A stretch of 43,090 bases of DNA from Squalus acanthias (Eukaryota). Below the pieces are notes generated by a model, which was not told the origin of the DNA, searched no databases, and was given only the letters and a program-made list of their open reading frames with translations. Below, one piece after another: positions 23,335 through 36,785 of this stretch. The stretch is taken from positions 310,001-353,090 of the forward strand of contig JASTWF010000495.1 of assembly GCA_030390025.1 (NCBI GenBank), given 5' to 3'. The position numbers and the translations under genes are program-made. Position 1 is the stretch's first letter, and each line of letters opens with the position of its first letter.

Positions 23335-24245
23335 CGACACTCCCTCATTGACCACGTTAGTTACCTCCTCAATACATTTAACTAGTTTCGTTAGACATGA
23401 CTTAACCTTTACAAATCAAAGCTGGCTCTCTCTGATCAGCTCATATTAGCCCAAATGCTCCATCACTCTGTCCCTAATAATCGATTCTAGTAACTTCCCC
23501 ACAACTGACGTTAAACTAACAGGCCCATCATTTCCTGGTTTCTCTCTCCCACTGTTCTGAAATAATGGAGTGATATTGGCAATTTCCCAATCCAAGGGAA
23601 TAATTCCTGAATCGAGCGAGTTCTAGTTAGTTCCTATCCTTGATTTATTTTTAGTTGTCCTTGTATCTCTGGCACGTTATCTTCATTCTCTACTGTGAAG
23701 ACCAATACAAAGTAGCCAGCTAGTAAGTCTGCCAGTCACTTATTTCCAATGACAATATCACCGGTATCTCTCTTTAAGGGACCCACATTACTCTTACCCA
23801 CCCTCTTTCTCGTAATATCCTTGTAAAAACCTTTAGTGTTATCCTTGATGTTCCTCACAAGCTTTTTCTCATATTCCTTTATTGCGGCTCTTACTACTTT
23901 CTGTGCATCCCTTTGCTGTTCTTTATCTCTCCCCCAGTCCACGGGATCTCTACTTTTCTGTGCTTTTGTATAAGCCCAGTCTTTTCATTTTATACTATCT
24001 CTCACTTCCCTTGTTGACCAAGGTTGTTTAATTACACACATGGAGCTCTTGTCCTTTAGGGCTCCCGACAGGTCCTGTAATCTACCAAGTGCTGTTTTGA
24101 ACACCGCCCACTGTTCATCTGTAGGTTTACCCGTTAACAGTTCTGCCCAGTCTATTGTGGTCAATTCTTGACTCATCCCTCCAAAGTCGGCCTTACCTCA
24201 ATTTAAAACCTTGGTTTGTGACTCACCCTTCTCCCGCTCGAACCT
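23335..24245 (-). mobile_element. Decayed CR1 ORF2 internal fragment
   Basis: IDWAELL, KQPWSTREV, YEKKLVRNIKDNTKGFYK..NVGPLK. Confidence 0.8.
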
Positions 24246-24249
24246 AATA

Positions 24250-24710
24250 TCGATAGAATGGCCCCGATCTTGACGGGGCGGGTTGCGTAGGTGGGAGCGG
24301 AGTTTCGGTCGGGAAACCCGGAACTTCATGCTGTGCAGTTTTGACTTCATACCGTGCGACTCTTTTCTTTGCCAGTGTCCCCGCGAGTGGGAGCACTTCG
24401 GAGCAGGCATAAGGAGTAGGTAGATCCAGTCCCCAACCCCGGGGGGGGTCGATCCCGGGGGTCTTTGTATCGGGCGGGGTCTGATGTGGGGAGGGTGCGA
24501 ACCAAAGCAAGAGGGTAAGCCTGGGGTGGCCGGGGGGGAAACACTCCTGCTCCTTCAGGCCCACAAGCAGCGCTGGAAAGGCACTTACCTCCTCCCCGAA
24601 GCTGACCTCGCCCCCCTTCAACTGCCGGGTTTCCCCAGGCCTGGGAAACACGGGCGGCCGTTGTTAAACCTATAAAGCAGGTTAAAATATTGAAATGACC
24701 AACCTGCCTC
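24250..24710. mobile_element. GC-rich interspersed repeat fragment, possibly a non-autonomous DNA transposon
   Basis: Begins ggccccgatctt, resembling the end of the 25668 element; no coding homology recognised. Confidence 0.3.
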
Positions 24711-24711
24711 C

Positions 24712-25650
24712 TGGAGGGAGTTCCAGGATTTTGACCCAGCAATGATGAAGGATCGGCGATATGTTTCCGAGTCAGGATGGTGTGTGACTTGGCTGGGAAC
24801 TTGGAGGTGGTGGTGTTCCCATTCGCCTGCTGTCCTTGTCCTTCTAGGTGGAAGAGGTCGCAGGTTTGGGAGGTGCTGCCGAAGAAGCCTTGGCGAGTTG
24901 CTGCAGTGCATCTTGTAGATGGTACACACTGCAGCCATGGTGTGCCGGTGGTGGAGGGAGTGAATGTTTAAGGTGGTGGATGGGGTGCCAATCCAGTGGG
25001 CTGCTTTGTCTTGGATGGTGTCGACCTTCTTGAGTGTTGTTGGAGTTGCACTCCTCCAGGCAAGTGGAGAGTATTCCATCACACTCCTTACTTGTGCCTT
25101 GTAGATGGTGGAAAGGCTTTGGGGAGTCAGGAGGTGAGACACTCGCCGCAGAATGCCCAGCCTCTGACCTGCTTTTGTTGCCACAGTATTTATGTGGCTG
25201 GTCCAGTTAAGTTTCTGGTCAATGGTGACCCCCCAGGATATTTATGGTGGGGGATGGTAATACCGTTGAATGTCAAGGGGCAGTGGTTAGGCACTCGCTT
25301 GTTGGAGATAGTCATTGCCTGGCACCTGTTTGGCGCGAATGTTACCTGCCACTTATCAGCCCAAGCCTGAATGGCGTCCAGGTCTTGCTGCATGCGGGCA
25401 TGGACTGCTTCATTATCTGAGGAGTTGCGAATGGCACTGAACACTCTGCAGTCATCAGCGAACATTCCGACTTCTGCCTTATGATGGAGGGAAGGTCTTT
25501 GATGAAGCAGCTGAAGATGGTTGGGCTGAGGACATTGCCCTGAGGAACACCTACAGCGATGTCCTGGGGCTGTGATGATTGACCTCCATCCACCACAACC
25601 ATCTTCCTTTGTGCTAGGTATGATTCCAGCCAGTGGAGAGTTTTCCCCAT
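24712..25650 (-). mobile_element. Non-LTR retrotransposon RT fragment (CR1/L2 group)
   Basis: GVPQGNVLSP, MFADDC, WADKWQVTFAPNRC, IYKAQVRSVMEYSPLAW; frameshifted. Confidence 0.88.
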
Positions 25651-25667
25651 GCTCCTTTATACATAAT

Positions 25668-28600
25668 GGCCCGTATTTTCCGACGCCTACGGGTGTGTAC
25701 GCGCTGTGTACTCACCCGTAGAGACATCGGAAATGCCGGTTTCAGGCATGCACAGCACATGCGCTGAAAACCGGCATTTCCAATCTGTCAAGAATGATCT
25801 GGAGAAGGGCCTCTGCGGGGGGAGAGTTCTGCTTTCTGCAGAACCTCCGCCCGCTGAAAACCCTTAGAAATCTTACACCTGGTAAAAGCTTTTACCAGCA
25901 TAAGAGTGAAAAAAGTTAAAATGTTTTCACTCCTTTATAATTTAAAAATACTTTTAAAAAAGGTAACTTTATTTTTAGCCCCGTAAAATAAGAACATAAG
26001 AAATAGGAGCAGCAGTAGGCCATTCGGCCCTTCGAGCCTGCTCCGCCATTCAATGAGATCATGGCTGATCTTCTGCCTCAACTCCATTCACCGGCATATC
26101 ACCATATCCCTTGATGCCCTTACTATTCAGAAATCTATCGACTTCTGTTTTGAATATACCCAATGACTGAGCCTCCATATCCCTCTGGGGTAGAGAATTC
26201 CAAAGATTCACCACCCTCTGTGTGAAGAAATTTCTTCTCATCTCAGTCCTGAATGGCCTACCCTTTATCCTGAGGTTGTGGCCCCTGGTTCTAGACTCCC
26301 CAGCCAAGGGAAACATTCTCCCAGCATCCACCCTATCAAGCCCTGTAATAATGTTGTATGCTTCAATGAGATCCCCTCTCATTCTTCTGAATTCAAGAGA
26401 ATACAGGCCTAGTTTACTCAATCTCTTCTCATACGACAGTCCTGCCATCCCAGGAATCAATCTCGTGAACCTTCGTTGCACTCCCTCTATGACAAGTATA
26501 ACGTTCCTTAGGTAAGGAGACCAAAATTGTACACAGTACTCCAGGCGTGGTCTCACCAAGGCCCTATATAATTGGAGTAAGACTTCTTTACTCCTGTACT
26601 CAAATCCTCTTGTAATGAAGGCCAGCATACCATTTGCCTTCCTAATGGCTTGCTGCACCTGCACATTCACTTTCAGTGACTCATGTACAAGGACACCCAG
26701 GACCCTTTGAGCATCTGCATTCCCCAATCTTTCACCATTTAGGAAATACTCTGCCTTTCTGTTTTTTCTACCAAAGTGGATAACTTCACATTTATCCACA
26801 TTATAATCCATCTGCCATGTTCTCGCCCACTCACTGAGCCTATCGAGATCCCCTTGAAGCCTCTTCACATCCTCTTCGCAACTGACACTGCCACCTAGTT
26901 TTGTGTCATCAGCAAATTTGGAAATGTTACATTTAGTCCCCTCATCCAAATCATTGATATAGATTGTGAATAGGTGGGGCCCAAGCACCGATCCTTGCGG
27001 TACCCCACTAGTCACAGCCTGCCATCCTGAAAAAGACCCGTTTATCCCTACTCTTTGTTTTCTGTCTGTTAACCAATTCTCAATCCATGCTAGTATTACC
27101 CCCACTTCCATGTGCCCTAATTTTGTTCACCAACCTCTTGTGTGGGATCTTATCGAAGGCCTTCTGAAAATCCAAATACACCACATCTACCGGTTCCCCT
27201 TTGTCTACTCCACTAGTTACATCCTCAAAGAACTCCAATAGATTTGTCAAACAGGACTTCCCTTTCATAAATCCATGTTGACTCTGCCCAATCTTACTAT
27301 TAGTTTCTAAGTGCCCAGTTATTGCATCCTTTATAATAGATTCCAGCATTTTCCCAACTATTGATGTCAGGCTAACAGGTCTGTAGTTCCCCATTTTCTC
27401 TCTCCCTCCTTTCTTAAACAGCGGGGTTACATTTGCTATCCTCCAATCTGCAGGAACCGTTCCAGAATCTAGAGAATTTTGGAAGCTGACAATCAATGTG
27501 TCCACTATCCCAATGGCCACCTCATTCAAAACCCTAGGATGTAGGTCATCCGGTCCTTGAGATTTATCGACTTTTAGTCCCATTAATTTTGCTAGTACTG
27601 TTTTTTTACTAATAATAATTTCTTTAAGTTCCCCATTCTCGCCACACCCTTGGTTTTCTCGTATTTCTGGGAGGTTTTTTGTGTCTTCCTCCGTGAAGAC
27701 AGAAACAAAGTACTTATTTAATTTCTCTGCCATTTCCTCATTCCCCATTATAAATTATCCCGCCTCTGACTGTAAAGGATCTACATTTACCTTCGCCAGT
27801 CTTTTCCTTTTCACATACCTATAGAAGTTTTTACAATCCGTTTTTATATTTTTTGCTAGTTTGTGCTCATATTCCATTTTCCCTTTCTTTATCAATTTCT
27901 TGGTCCCCCTTTGCTGATTTCTAAAACGATCCCAATCCTCAGGCTGACCGTTTTTTCTGGCAACTTTATAAGCTTCCTCCTTTGACTTAATACTAGCTTT
28001 AATTTCTTTTGTTAGCCAGGGTTGGATCACTTTTCCTTTTGGGTTTTTATGCCCTAGAGGAATATATGTTTGTTGCAAATTATGCATTATTTCCTTGAAT
28101 GTTAGCCATTGTATGTCCACCTTCATACCTTTTAGTGTAATCTCCCAATCTACCATGGCCAACTTGTCCCTCATACTCTTGTAGTTTCCTCTGTTTAGAT
28201 TGAAGACCTTAGTTTCAGACTGGACTACATCACTCTCAAACTTAATATAAAATTCAATCATATTATGGTCACTTGTCCCTAAAGGCCCCTTTACCACAAG
28301 ATTATTGATTAGCCCTTTCTCATTACACAGTACCAGATCCAGAATAGCCTGTTCCCTGGTTGGTTCCTCCACATACTGATCCAGGAAACCATCTCGCATG
28401 CATTCCAAGAATTCGTCCTCCACACCATTAGTGGTAATTTGATTTGCCCAGTCAATATGTAGATTAAAGTCCCCCATGATTACCATATTGCCCTTGTTAC
28501 ATGCACTTCTAATCTCTTGATTGATACTGTGCCCTACATTACCATTACTGTTTGGTGGCCTATACACAACTCCCACCAATGTTTTCTGCCCTTTGCTGTT

Positions 28601-30075
28601 TCTTAGCTCCACCCAAACTGATTCCAGTTCTACATCACGATCTGCCAAGCCAAGAGCTTTTATCTCTACCGTACCGATCTCATCCCTTATTAACAGCACT
28701 ACGCCACCTTTTCCTTTTTGTCTGTCCTTCCTAAATGTTGAGTACCCTGGAATATTCCGTTCCCAGCTTTGGTTACCCTGCAACCATGTCTCTGTAATGG
28801 CAATTACATCATATCCATTTACTTCTATTCGTGCCATTAATTCATCCACCTTGTTGTGAATGCTACGTGCATTTAGATAAAGTGCCTTCAACTTTGCCAG
28901 TTTAATATTTTTCTGCACTTTGACCCTCTTTACTGTTGGCCTTTGTTTCTGCTCCCTACTAGTTTTGCTGACTACTTTTCTAACTTGCTCTTCCAGCTTT
29001 GTTTCTCTCTGTTCTGGGCCCACACTTAGGTTCCCAGCCCCCTGACAAACTAGTTTAAATCCTTCCCACCCCTGCGAGGATATTGGTCCCGGTTCTGCCG
29101 AGGTGTTACCCGTCCAGCATGTACAGGTCCCACCTTCCCCAGAATCGATCCCAATGCCTCAGGAATTTAAATCCCTCCCTCCTACACCATCTCTCTAGCC
29201 ACACATTCATCTGGTCTATTCTCCTATTTCTGCTCTCGCTAGCACGTGGCACTGGGAGTAATCCTGAGATTACTACCTTTGAGGTCCTGCTTTTTAATTT
29301 ATTTCCTAGCTCCCTATATTCTGCTTGCAGGACCTCATCCCTCTTTCTACCTATGTCGTTGGTACCGATATGGACCACGACCTCTGGCTGTTCACCCTCC
29401 CCCTTCAGAATGTCCTGCAGCTGCTCAGTGACATCCTTGACCCTGGCACCAGGGAGGCAACATACCATCCTGGAGTCACGTCTGCGGCCACAGAAACGTC
29501 TATCTGTTCCCCTTACGATAGAATCCGCATCACTATTGCTCTCTCACTCTTTTTCCTCCCCTCCTGTGCAGCTGAGCCACTGATAGTGCCAAGGACTTGG
29601 CTCTTGCTGCATTCCCCTGAGAAACCATCTCCCCCAGCAGTATCCAAAACGGAAAATCTGTTGGAGAGGGAGATGGACCCAGGGGACTCCTGCACTACCT
29701 TCCTAGTTCTTTTACTCTTTAATATTTAATTTAATGTAATTTTAACTCATTTTAAAAACGTGATGGGTTTTTTAAAATTTATTTAATGTTTTAGTGTCTT
29801 TTTGGGGTGATATCCATTCATACTTTTGCCGGGTCTATCTGTCAAAAGTATGAAGGGAGATTCTCTTCTCCTATTGGCTGGCCTGTCCCACGTGATCCCA
29901 GGGACGCTTGTGAACTGCCTGCGCCCCTGGGATACGTGGGCCCTGTGCATTTCAACTGTGGAGAGGCCCAGCATCGGAAGTGTCCGGATCTCGGGAGCCC
30001 TCAGGTAAGGGCGTAGATTTTTTTCCGATAGTAGGCATCCGCACGCAGGAAGCCTCCTATCGGAAATTACGGGCC
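25668..30075. mobile_element. Non-autonomous DNA transposon (MITE-like, ~670 bp) split by a CR1 insertion
   Basis: TIRs ggcccgtattttccga (25668-25683) and tcggaaattacgggcc (30060-30075); AT-rich core continues on both sides of the CR1. Confidence 0.65.
25988..29720 (-). mobile_element. Near-full-length CR1 LINE: partial ORF1 SGNH esterase plus ORF2 endonuclease-RT
   Basis: ORF1 VVVHIGTNDIG; APE motifs YLNARSI, ITETWL, MGDFN, SDHN; RT motifs YLDFQKAFD, GVPQGSVLGP, FADD. ORF2 has one nonsense (27755) and one frameshift (~27100). Confidence 0.96.
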
Positions 30076-30529
30076 CATATTTTGACTACATTAAAGGATA
30101 ATGCCGTGGATAAGGCTGTATGATTTATCTATTTCCCAAATCCTTTGAAAACAGACTCTCTATGTTAACAGTTTGCAATTGTCAACCTCAGAACCACTTC
30201 CCCGACACGAGACTTCCTGACTTAACATCTGTTTGCATCTTTGAAGTAAAAGCTGTACCAACTGCTCTCTGTATCTAATGGATTGCTACCCGTTTTATTA
30301 CCCTAAAACTAAAGTTTACATTTTATAACCTGCACTTATACCCTTACACAAGCACTTTACATCTCAAAAAACAAGCAATGCATTCTTTGACTTCACAGTC
30401 ATCCTGCTTATATCTTGGAAAGTCTGGAAGCCTGTTAATCCAAGATACAAAGAAGATTGACTGTTAACCCATAACTCCCCAAGGTGTCCAACATACATCT
30501 CTCCAGGATGTCCAACACTATGTCACCTC

Positions 30530-31450
30530 TGACCTTCACTTCTCTGATCCCGAACAATCAGTTCACAGCAAAGGCCTCAGCTTCCTCCCCTTATGCTCCC
30601 ACCTCAATGAATTTCGAGCTCAGCACGACGCTGAGCTCTTTTTCCATCGCCTTCGCCCCTACTTCTTTGGCCAGGAGACTTCCTCCACACAGCGGAAACT
30701 ATCTCTCAGCTTCAGAATTTTCGTTCCACCTGGACCCCTCCCTCTGGCCTCTTACCCTCTCTAGATCTTTCACTGGGAACCGCTGGCGTGACATCGGCTG
30801 TCTCAATTTTAATACACTGCTCACAAATCTACTCGAACCTACCTCCCTCTGAACTTGCAACACTCCGTTCCCTCAGGTCCAACCCTTACAGTCATTAAAC
30901 CTGCTGACAAGGGTGGCGCTGATGTTGTTTGGCGAACTGGCCTCTACCTTGTGGAGGCTGAGCGTCATTGTTTCCCAGTCTGTCACTAACCTCATCTCCT
31001 CTGGAGATCTTCCCTCCATGGCCGCCAACCTCATAGTCCCCAACCCCGCACAGCCCGCCTCTACCTCGTTCCCAAGATCCACAAACAGGACTGCCCTGGT
31101 AGACCCATCGTTTCAGCCTGTTCTTGTCCCACGGAACAGATTTCTTCCTATCTGACTCTATTTCTTCTCCCCTTGTCCACTTTATTCCCACCTACATCCG
31201 CGACTCTTCTGACACCCTCCACCACTTTAACAGTTTCCAGTTTCCTGGCCCTAACTCTCTTCTTTTCACCATGGATGTCCAGTCCCTCTACACCTTCATC
31301 CCCCACCAGGACGGTTTGAAGGTCCTCCGCTCATTCCTTGAACGGTGGCCGAATCAGTCCACATCCAACAGCATCCTCCTCCACCTGGCTGAACTTGTTC
31401 TAACATTGAACAGCCTCTCCTTTGACTTCACTCACTCCCTCCAAATAAAA
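30530..31450 (+). mobile_element. Decayed Penelope-like RT fragment
   Basis: VIKPADKGGA, PKIHK, LFTMDVQSLYTFIPHQDGL. Confidence 0.8.
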
Positions 31451-31489
31451 GATCTTTCAAAATTCCACTCACTTCCTCCAAATAAATTA

Positions 31490-31708
31490 TCTTTCAAAAT
31501 TCCCTATATTCTAGATCGGTCTCAGCGGATTGGAAGGTAGCAAATGTAACCCCGCTATTCAAGAAAGAAGGGAGAGAGGAAACAGGGAACTGCAGGCCAG
31601 TTAGCCTGACATCAGTCATCGGGAAAATGCTGGAATCCATTATTAAGGAAGTGGTAACAGGGCACTTAGAAACTCATAATATGATTAGACAGAGTCAACA
31701 TGGTTTTA
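31490..31708 (+). mobile_element. CR1 RT fragment
   Basis: DWKVANVTPLFKKEGREETGNCRPVSLTS. Confidence 0.8.
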
Positions 31709-32402
31709 GATAAGAACATAAGACGTAGGAGCAGGAGTAGGTCATTTGGCCCCTCGAGCCTGCTCCGCCATTCAATAAGATCATGGCTGATCTTGGCCTC
31801 AACTCCACTTCCCTGCCCGCTCCCCATAACCCTTGACTCCCTTACCATTCAAAAATCTGTCTATCTCCACCTTAAATATATTCAATCACCCAGCCTCCAC
31901 AGCTCTCTGGGGAAGAGAATTCCAAAGATTCACGACCCTCAGAGAAGAAATTCCTCCTCATTTCCGATTTAAATGGGTGCCCACTTATTCTGAAATTATG
32001 CCCCCTAATTCTAGATTCCCCCACGAGGGGAAACATTCTCTCTGCATCTACCCTGTCAAGCCTCTTCAGTATCTTATAAGTTTCAATAAGATCCCCTCTC
32101 ATTCTTCTAAACTCCAATGAGTATAGGCCCAACCTGTTCAACCTTTCTTCATAAGACAACCCTTTCATCTCCGGAATCAACCTCGTGAACCTTCTCTGAA
32201 CTGCCTCCAATGCAAGTAATATCCTTCCTTAAATAAGGAGACCAAAACTGTATGCAGTACTCCAGGTGTGGTCTCACCAATGCCCTGTACAGTTGTAACA
32301 GGACTTCCCTACTTGTATACTCCATTCCCTTTGCAATAAATGCCAACACTCCATTGGCCTTCCTAATTACTTGCTGTACCTGCATGGTAACTTTTTGTGA
32401 TT
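31709..32402 (-). mobile_element. CR1 3' fragment
   Basis: [29 protein letters not shown], 3' tail. Confidence 0.9.
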
Positions 32403-32405
32403 TGA

Positions 32406-32844
32406 TGTAAGTGGGAGCGGGCCCTGTGATATACAGGGTCGATGCTTCGTTGGGTACAGATGACAGACTTCGAGTGATGGTTCAAAACGATCCTTTAATT
32501 TTCACAGGCCCGGGGAGGGCCTGGGGAGAACCTTCTGAGACCCTTCTCAGATTCGACTCCCTGAGACCCTAGCGACATTCATACTTATACACAAAAATCA
32601 TACCTTGCCCTAGGGGCGGGTGAGAAGCTATCAACGTCCCGATTAATCACATTTCTTTTATCAGTTGGTTCTGGGACCAGATGGTTTGTTTAGTAACATG
32701 TTTTCTTAAGGTAACAGTTCCTGCTCTCGTAACGAGCTCAAGTTACTTTGAATGCACATTTTTCCTTAACAAGCTCACGATTTTTTCCTTAACAAGCTCA
32801 CGTCTAACACTTAATGATATTAATTATAAATTTTAATTACTTCA
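32406..32844 (-). mobile_element. 3' LTR of the ERV
   Basis: Preceded by PPT AAAGGGGGAC (32854-32845). Starts TGAAG and ends TTACA. Contains a ~21-bp U3 direct repeat, a GC box, TATAAG (~32590) and ATTAAA (32499-32494). Confidence 0.75.
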
Positions 32845-32977
32845 GTCCCCCTTTATGGCCCATTGGTCATATTGACCCAATAAGGCCAGTATTCTATAGC
32901 TTAAGATTGTTTCATATAAGCTCCCGTCGCCCTGGTGGTACCAACCCAGGGTGTCTGGTACTCATAATCTGACAATC

Positions 32978-34864
32978 CTAAACACAGGCTGCATAGACAG
33001 TCCCCTTACGTTCTCCCCCAAGTTCATTGATGGTTAGCAACAGTTTTTCTTTCTCTTCCTCCTTTCTTACTCCTCTGGCTATTTTCTTCGCTAAGGTTTT
33101 CATTTTTCGTCCGCGACACTTGCTACAACAATCTATCAGAAGGTAAACTGATAGTGATAATTGAACTACCACTAGCACGTGTGACATGATCCTGATCCAT
33201 GGATGTACATTCACATTGAGTCCCCAGTCCCAGACCTTATTGCACCAAGGGGTTTCCGATAAGGTTTTACTAATGTCTTTACTTTGTTGCTTTAAGTCTT
33301 TTTCTATTCTATTATAATGCTTTAAAATTTCTTTCGTTTCCCGCTGTAATTTCTTCCAAGCTTCTTGTTCCTTTAACTTAGGAATTGCCTTGGGCTCCGG
33401 TATGACATATGTTTTAATCATTCTATTAAGTCCCGTATTATTAAGTGACCAGGTTTTCTCTTCGTGTGGTCTTGGTGGGTGTATATACTCGTGTCCTATC
33501 TGTGTAGGCATCTTTGGGTAAAAACAAAAGTTTGGCTGGGGAATGGGACAAGTCAGGTCTTGGTATTCATATTTCTGTTCAGCTGTGGTGACACACAATG
33601 TCCCGTTGTTCTCTGGTGCTACCCTTGTTCGGCGTATCCCCCTTGGGTGTACCTCAAGGGTGCAATTGGTGGTTTTCGTAAATCCGCACTCGGCTGTGTC
33701 TCCCTCGGTGGGGGGGGGGGGAGGGGTGTGCACACCCATGTCCTTCCCTTGTGGTGGCACCCGTCCATTACCACCCCCCTTAAGGTTCCATTCTTCTGAT
33801 TATCTTCATCCCTTTCCCAAATTGCCTTGGTAGGGACATCATGATATTTAACCCAACTCTCCCTTTGTACCTCTCCTATATTACCCACATCATATAGGGC
33901 CTGTCCTCCTTCAGGGAGTTGTGGGATGGCCAGTACAAAGCCAATCACCTTAGTCCATGGGGTCAGACAATTGCCTGCCCTGTGTACTTGTCCCATTTTA
34001 CGCCCTTTGCATAGGCTTTTATTTGTGTCAATCCAAGGTTCCAGATCCTCATTAGTAATCCAATCAGGGATCTGTCCACTATTTATTTGCTTCATGTTAT
34101 GCTGAGCATTCGACAATAGCCATGAGCCATACGTGGCACATGCCAATTCCTTATGGGTTTGGTGTGATGCATTGCTGATCTGATCAATAATTGTATTAAT
34201 TGTTTTTGCATGGGGGGCTACTATCTCTTCCACCCCCAACAATTGTTTTGCCGTTTGTCCTCCTGCCAGTGCCATTTGTGGGCTATTTTCAGTGGCTTGT
34301 TTTAGTAACTTCTTTATTTTTGCTTGTAGTTCTTCTACTCCTTCACTTACTCCTTCTATGTCAAAACTATTAACTGTTGCTAACCCGGCCGCATACCCTG
34401 CTCCGGCCATTTCCAATGCTCCCCGTTTCTTACGTCTCTGTAAGATAGATTTCCCTTGTGGACCCTCTAATTGTTTCATCCACAGGGAGTCCCATAATCG
34501 TTTGGTATAATCCTTACACATCGCGGGCATAGTAAAAGTACTCATATTGATAGCAAGTTTAATAATTCTATGTGCTGCTTTAAAATACACCTCATCCTGT
34601 GTTTTCCTTATTACTAATCCCCCTCGTGCTCCCTTCTAGTACCCCCACGCCACATTTGAGATATATGGTTTTTCCCACAGTGACCGTCAGCGCTCCGCGC
34701 TCTCGATCGCAGCCCACGTCCGTCAAGCTTTTATGATATAGCCCAGTATTCGCCCTTCTGGCGATTAGTGCCGATTTCCTGGCGGTCATCTTAACCACTA
34801 CCCCCTTGACAACGGCAATACTTATGTTCATCCCTAGGATCATGGCGAGAACGTTCCACCTCAT
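32978..34864 (-). CDS. env: ERV envelope / class I fusion glycoprotein (~629 codons; two frameshifts as assembled)
   Basis: Signal peptide MRWNVLAMILGMNISIAVVKG, furin site RRKKR, fusion peptide GALEMAGAGYAAGLATV, heptad region, Cys cluster, second heptad region, Trp-rich stretch, TM, basic tail. Splice acceptor ctttttgtaattacAG at 34884-34883. Confidence 0.8.
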
Positions 34865-35994
34865 TCTGGACGTCCAATGTTCCTGTAATTACAAAAAGGG
34901 GGCTGGTCGTCACCAGCCAGTTAGAATTATTCCACTCTTATCGGTTCTATCAGTTCAAAATGCTGTACATCTGGTTCATTTCTTGGTCTGTGGCTCTGTC
35001 TCCAGACATACTTGAAGATGCAAATCACAACGTATAAGGTTAACATCACACACAGCCCTATCATTGATATATGTATTTTAAGATTGAAAACATAGATCAA
35101 ACGTTCTCACTTGGTCCAAGTTATTGACGTTTTTTTATTTATCATTATTTTAGAGGATCTTTTATTTTTTCAAAAGTAACCCAATATATAGTGCCTGAGT
35201 CCATTTTGTCATTTCAAAATTATCCCGAAATCCAAACAGCAGTACTGTTGAACTGACAGGTTTAGTCAATGTTCAATTTCATTTCTATCAATTTATCTTA
35301 TCAATTCCAATTTCAGAAACAAGTGATTTCCAGGCTAGGTGGCTTACACAGTGTTTTAACATTAGAGACAGAAGTGCTGCAAATAGTTTACAAGGTAACT
35401 TCCATATAACAAAAGAAAGAAGAGAATCCATTGTGACTCTGCTTAAAGCCCAAGGGGTTAATCTATCAAATCATAATTTTCCTTCTGGGAAATGTTAAAT
35501 TAGAATTAAGAAACTTAAATGTAATAATGTCCAATATCTTTAAATTTCATTCAGCAATTCTAAAGTTATTGCTTGATGAACTTAAACAGCTGTCAGTGGA
35601 AAGGGTTAACTCCTTTGCAGGTTTTTAAGAAGGTGGAGCGAAACATTGTCAGTTGTTTTCACACTTTAACTAAACACGAACAGAACAGATAAAACAAAAC
35701 AAACTAGTACATGCTTGCAGAAAACATTAAATTACGTCATATTTCTTATTGTCCTTTCTTCAGATGCCTTTCCAAAATCCTGTAAAAACATTGAATATAA
35801 CTGGAGAAAAATTAGTTTTTCACATTTAAACAAATCAAATCAAACTGCTTTGGAAGATTTCACCATAGCAACCACGACTCCAAGGTTAAATTTTAGACCG
35901 AAACTCAATCTTTTGTTAAACAAACTTTTTGTTGTTCTTCTCAGTTTTACACACCAGCTTAACTTAAATTGTAGTTCAAGTTTTTTTTTTCAAT

Positions 35995-36785
35995 TCTTGG
36001 GGCACAAGCTATTGCAGCCACACATCGTGGCATTGCCTTCGCTACTGGATCCCTCTTGGTGGAGTAATACGCAACGGGTCTCTGTTTCCCTCCGTGATCT
36101 TGCATTACCACGGCTGAATAACTCCCTTGGTCCTGGTCACAGTACAAGTGGAAGGGTCGGGTATGGTCTGGCAGTCCTAGGGCAGGGGCTGTTATTAATT
36201 CCTGTTTAAGGGCCCTATATGCTTCCTCCTGCTCTGTCTCCCCCCTTTAACTAACCGTTGAATCGGCTCTGCTTTCCCTGCAAAGTCTGATATAAAATTC
36301 CTGCAGTCGTTAAATAGTCCCATCACTTTCCTCACTCCCCAGACGGTCACTGGCCTTGGCATGTCTTTTCTGGCTGCCTTTTGTTCCTGCAGGAGTGCCT
36401 TTTACCCCTGGTTAATTTCGTGTCCTAGATACTTTACTTTGGACAGTCCAACCTGTGCCTTTTTGGGTTCAATTTAAAGCCAGCTTTCTTAAGTGTCTGG
36501 AGGGTGGCTAGTAATGCTCCCATGTGTCCTTTGGCATCCTCTGATGCAATCATTATGTCATCGACATATTAGAGTAGGGCACTCTGATACTTTGATAGGT
36601 TTAACTCGTCTAAGGCTTGACTCAGTACATGGTGGAATATATTTGGACTATTGTGGAACCCCTGCAGGACCCTGGTCCATGTATCCTGTCTATCCCTGAC
36701 AGTAAAGGCGAATTTCCCTTGTGATTCCTCTGCCAATGGTATGGACCAGAACCCGTTCTGTATCCAAGACTGTACATATTTTAAA
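35995..36785 (-). pseudogene. pol: ERV pol remnant (RT core plus connection/RNase H-like region)
   Basis: QNGFWSIPLAEESQGKFAFT..QGFHNSP..LL*YVDD (YVDD 36568-36557)..GFKLNP..KYLGH..RPVAYYS; stops and frameshifts. Confidence 0.88.
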
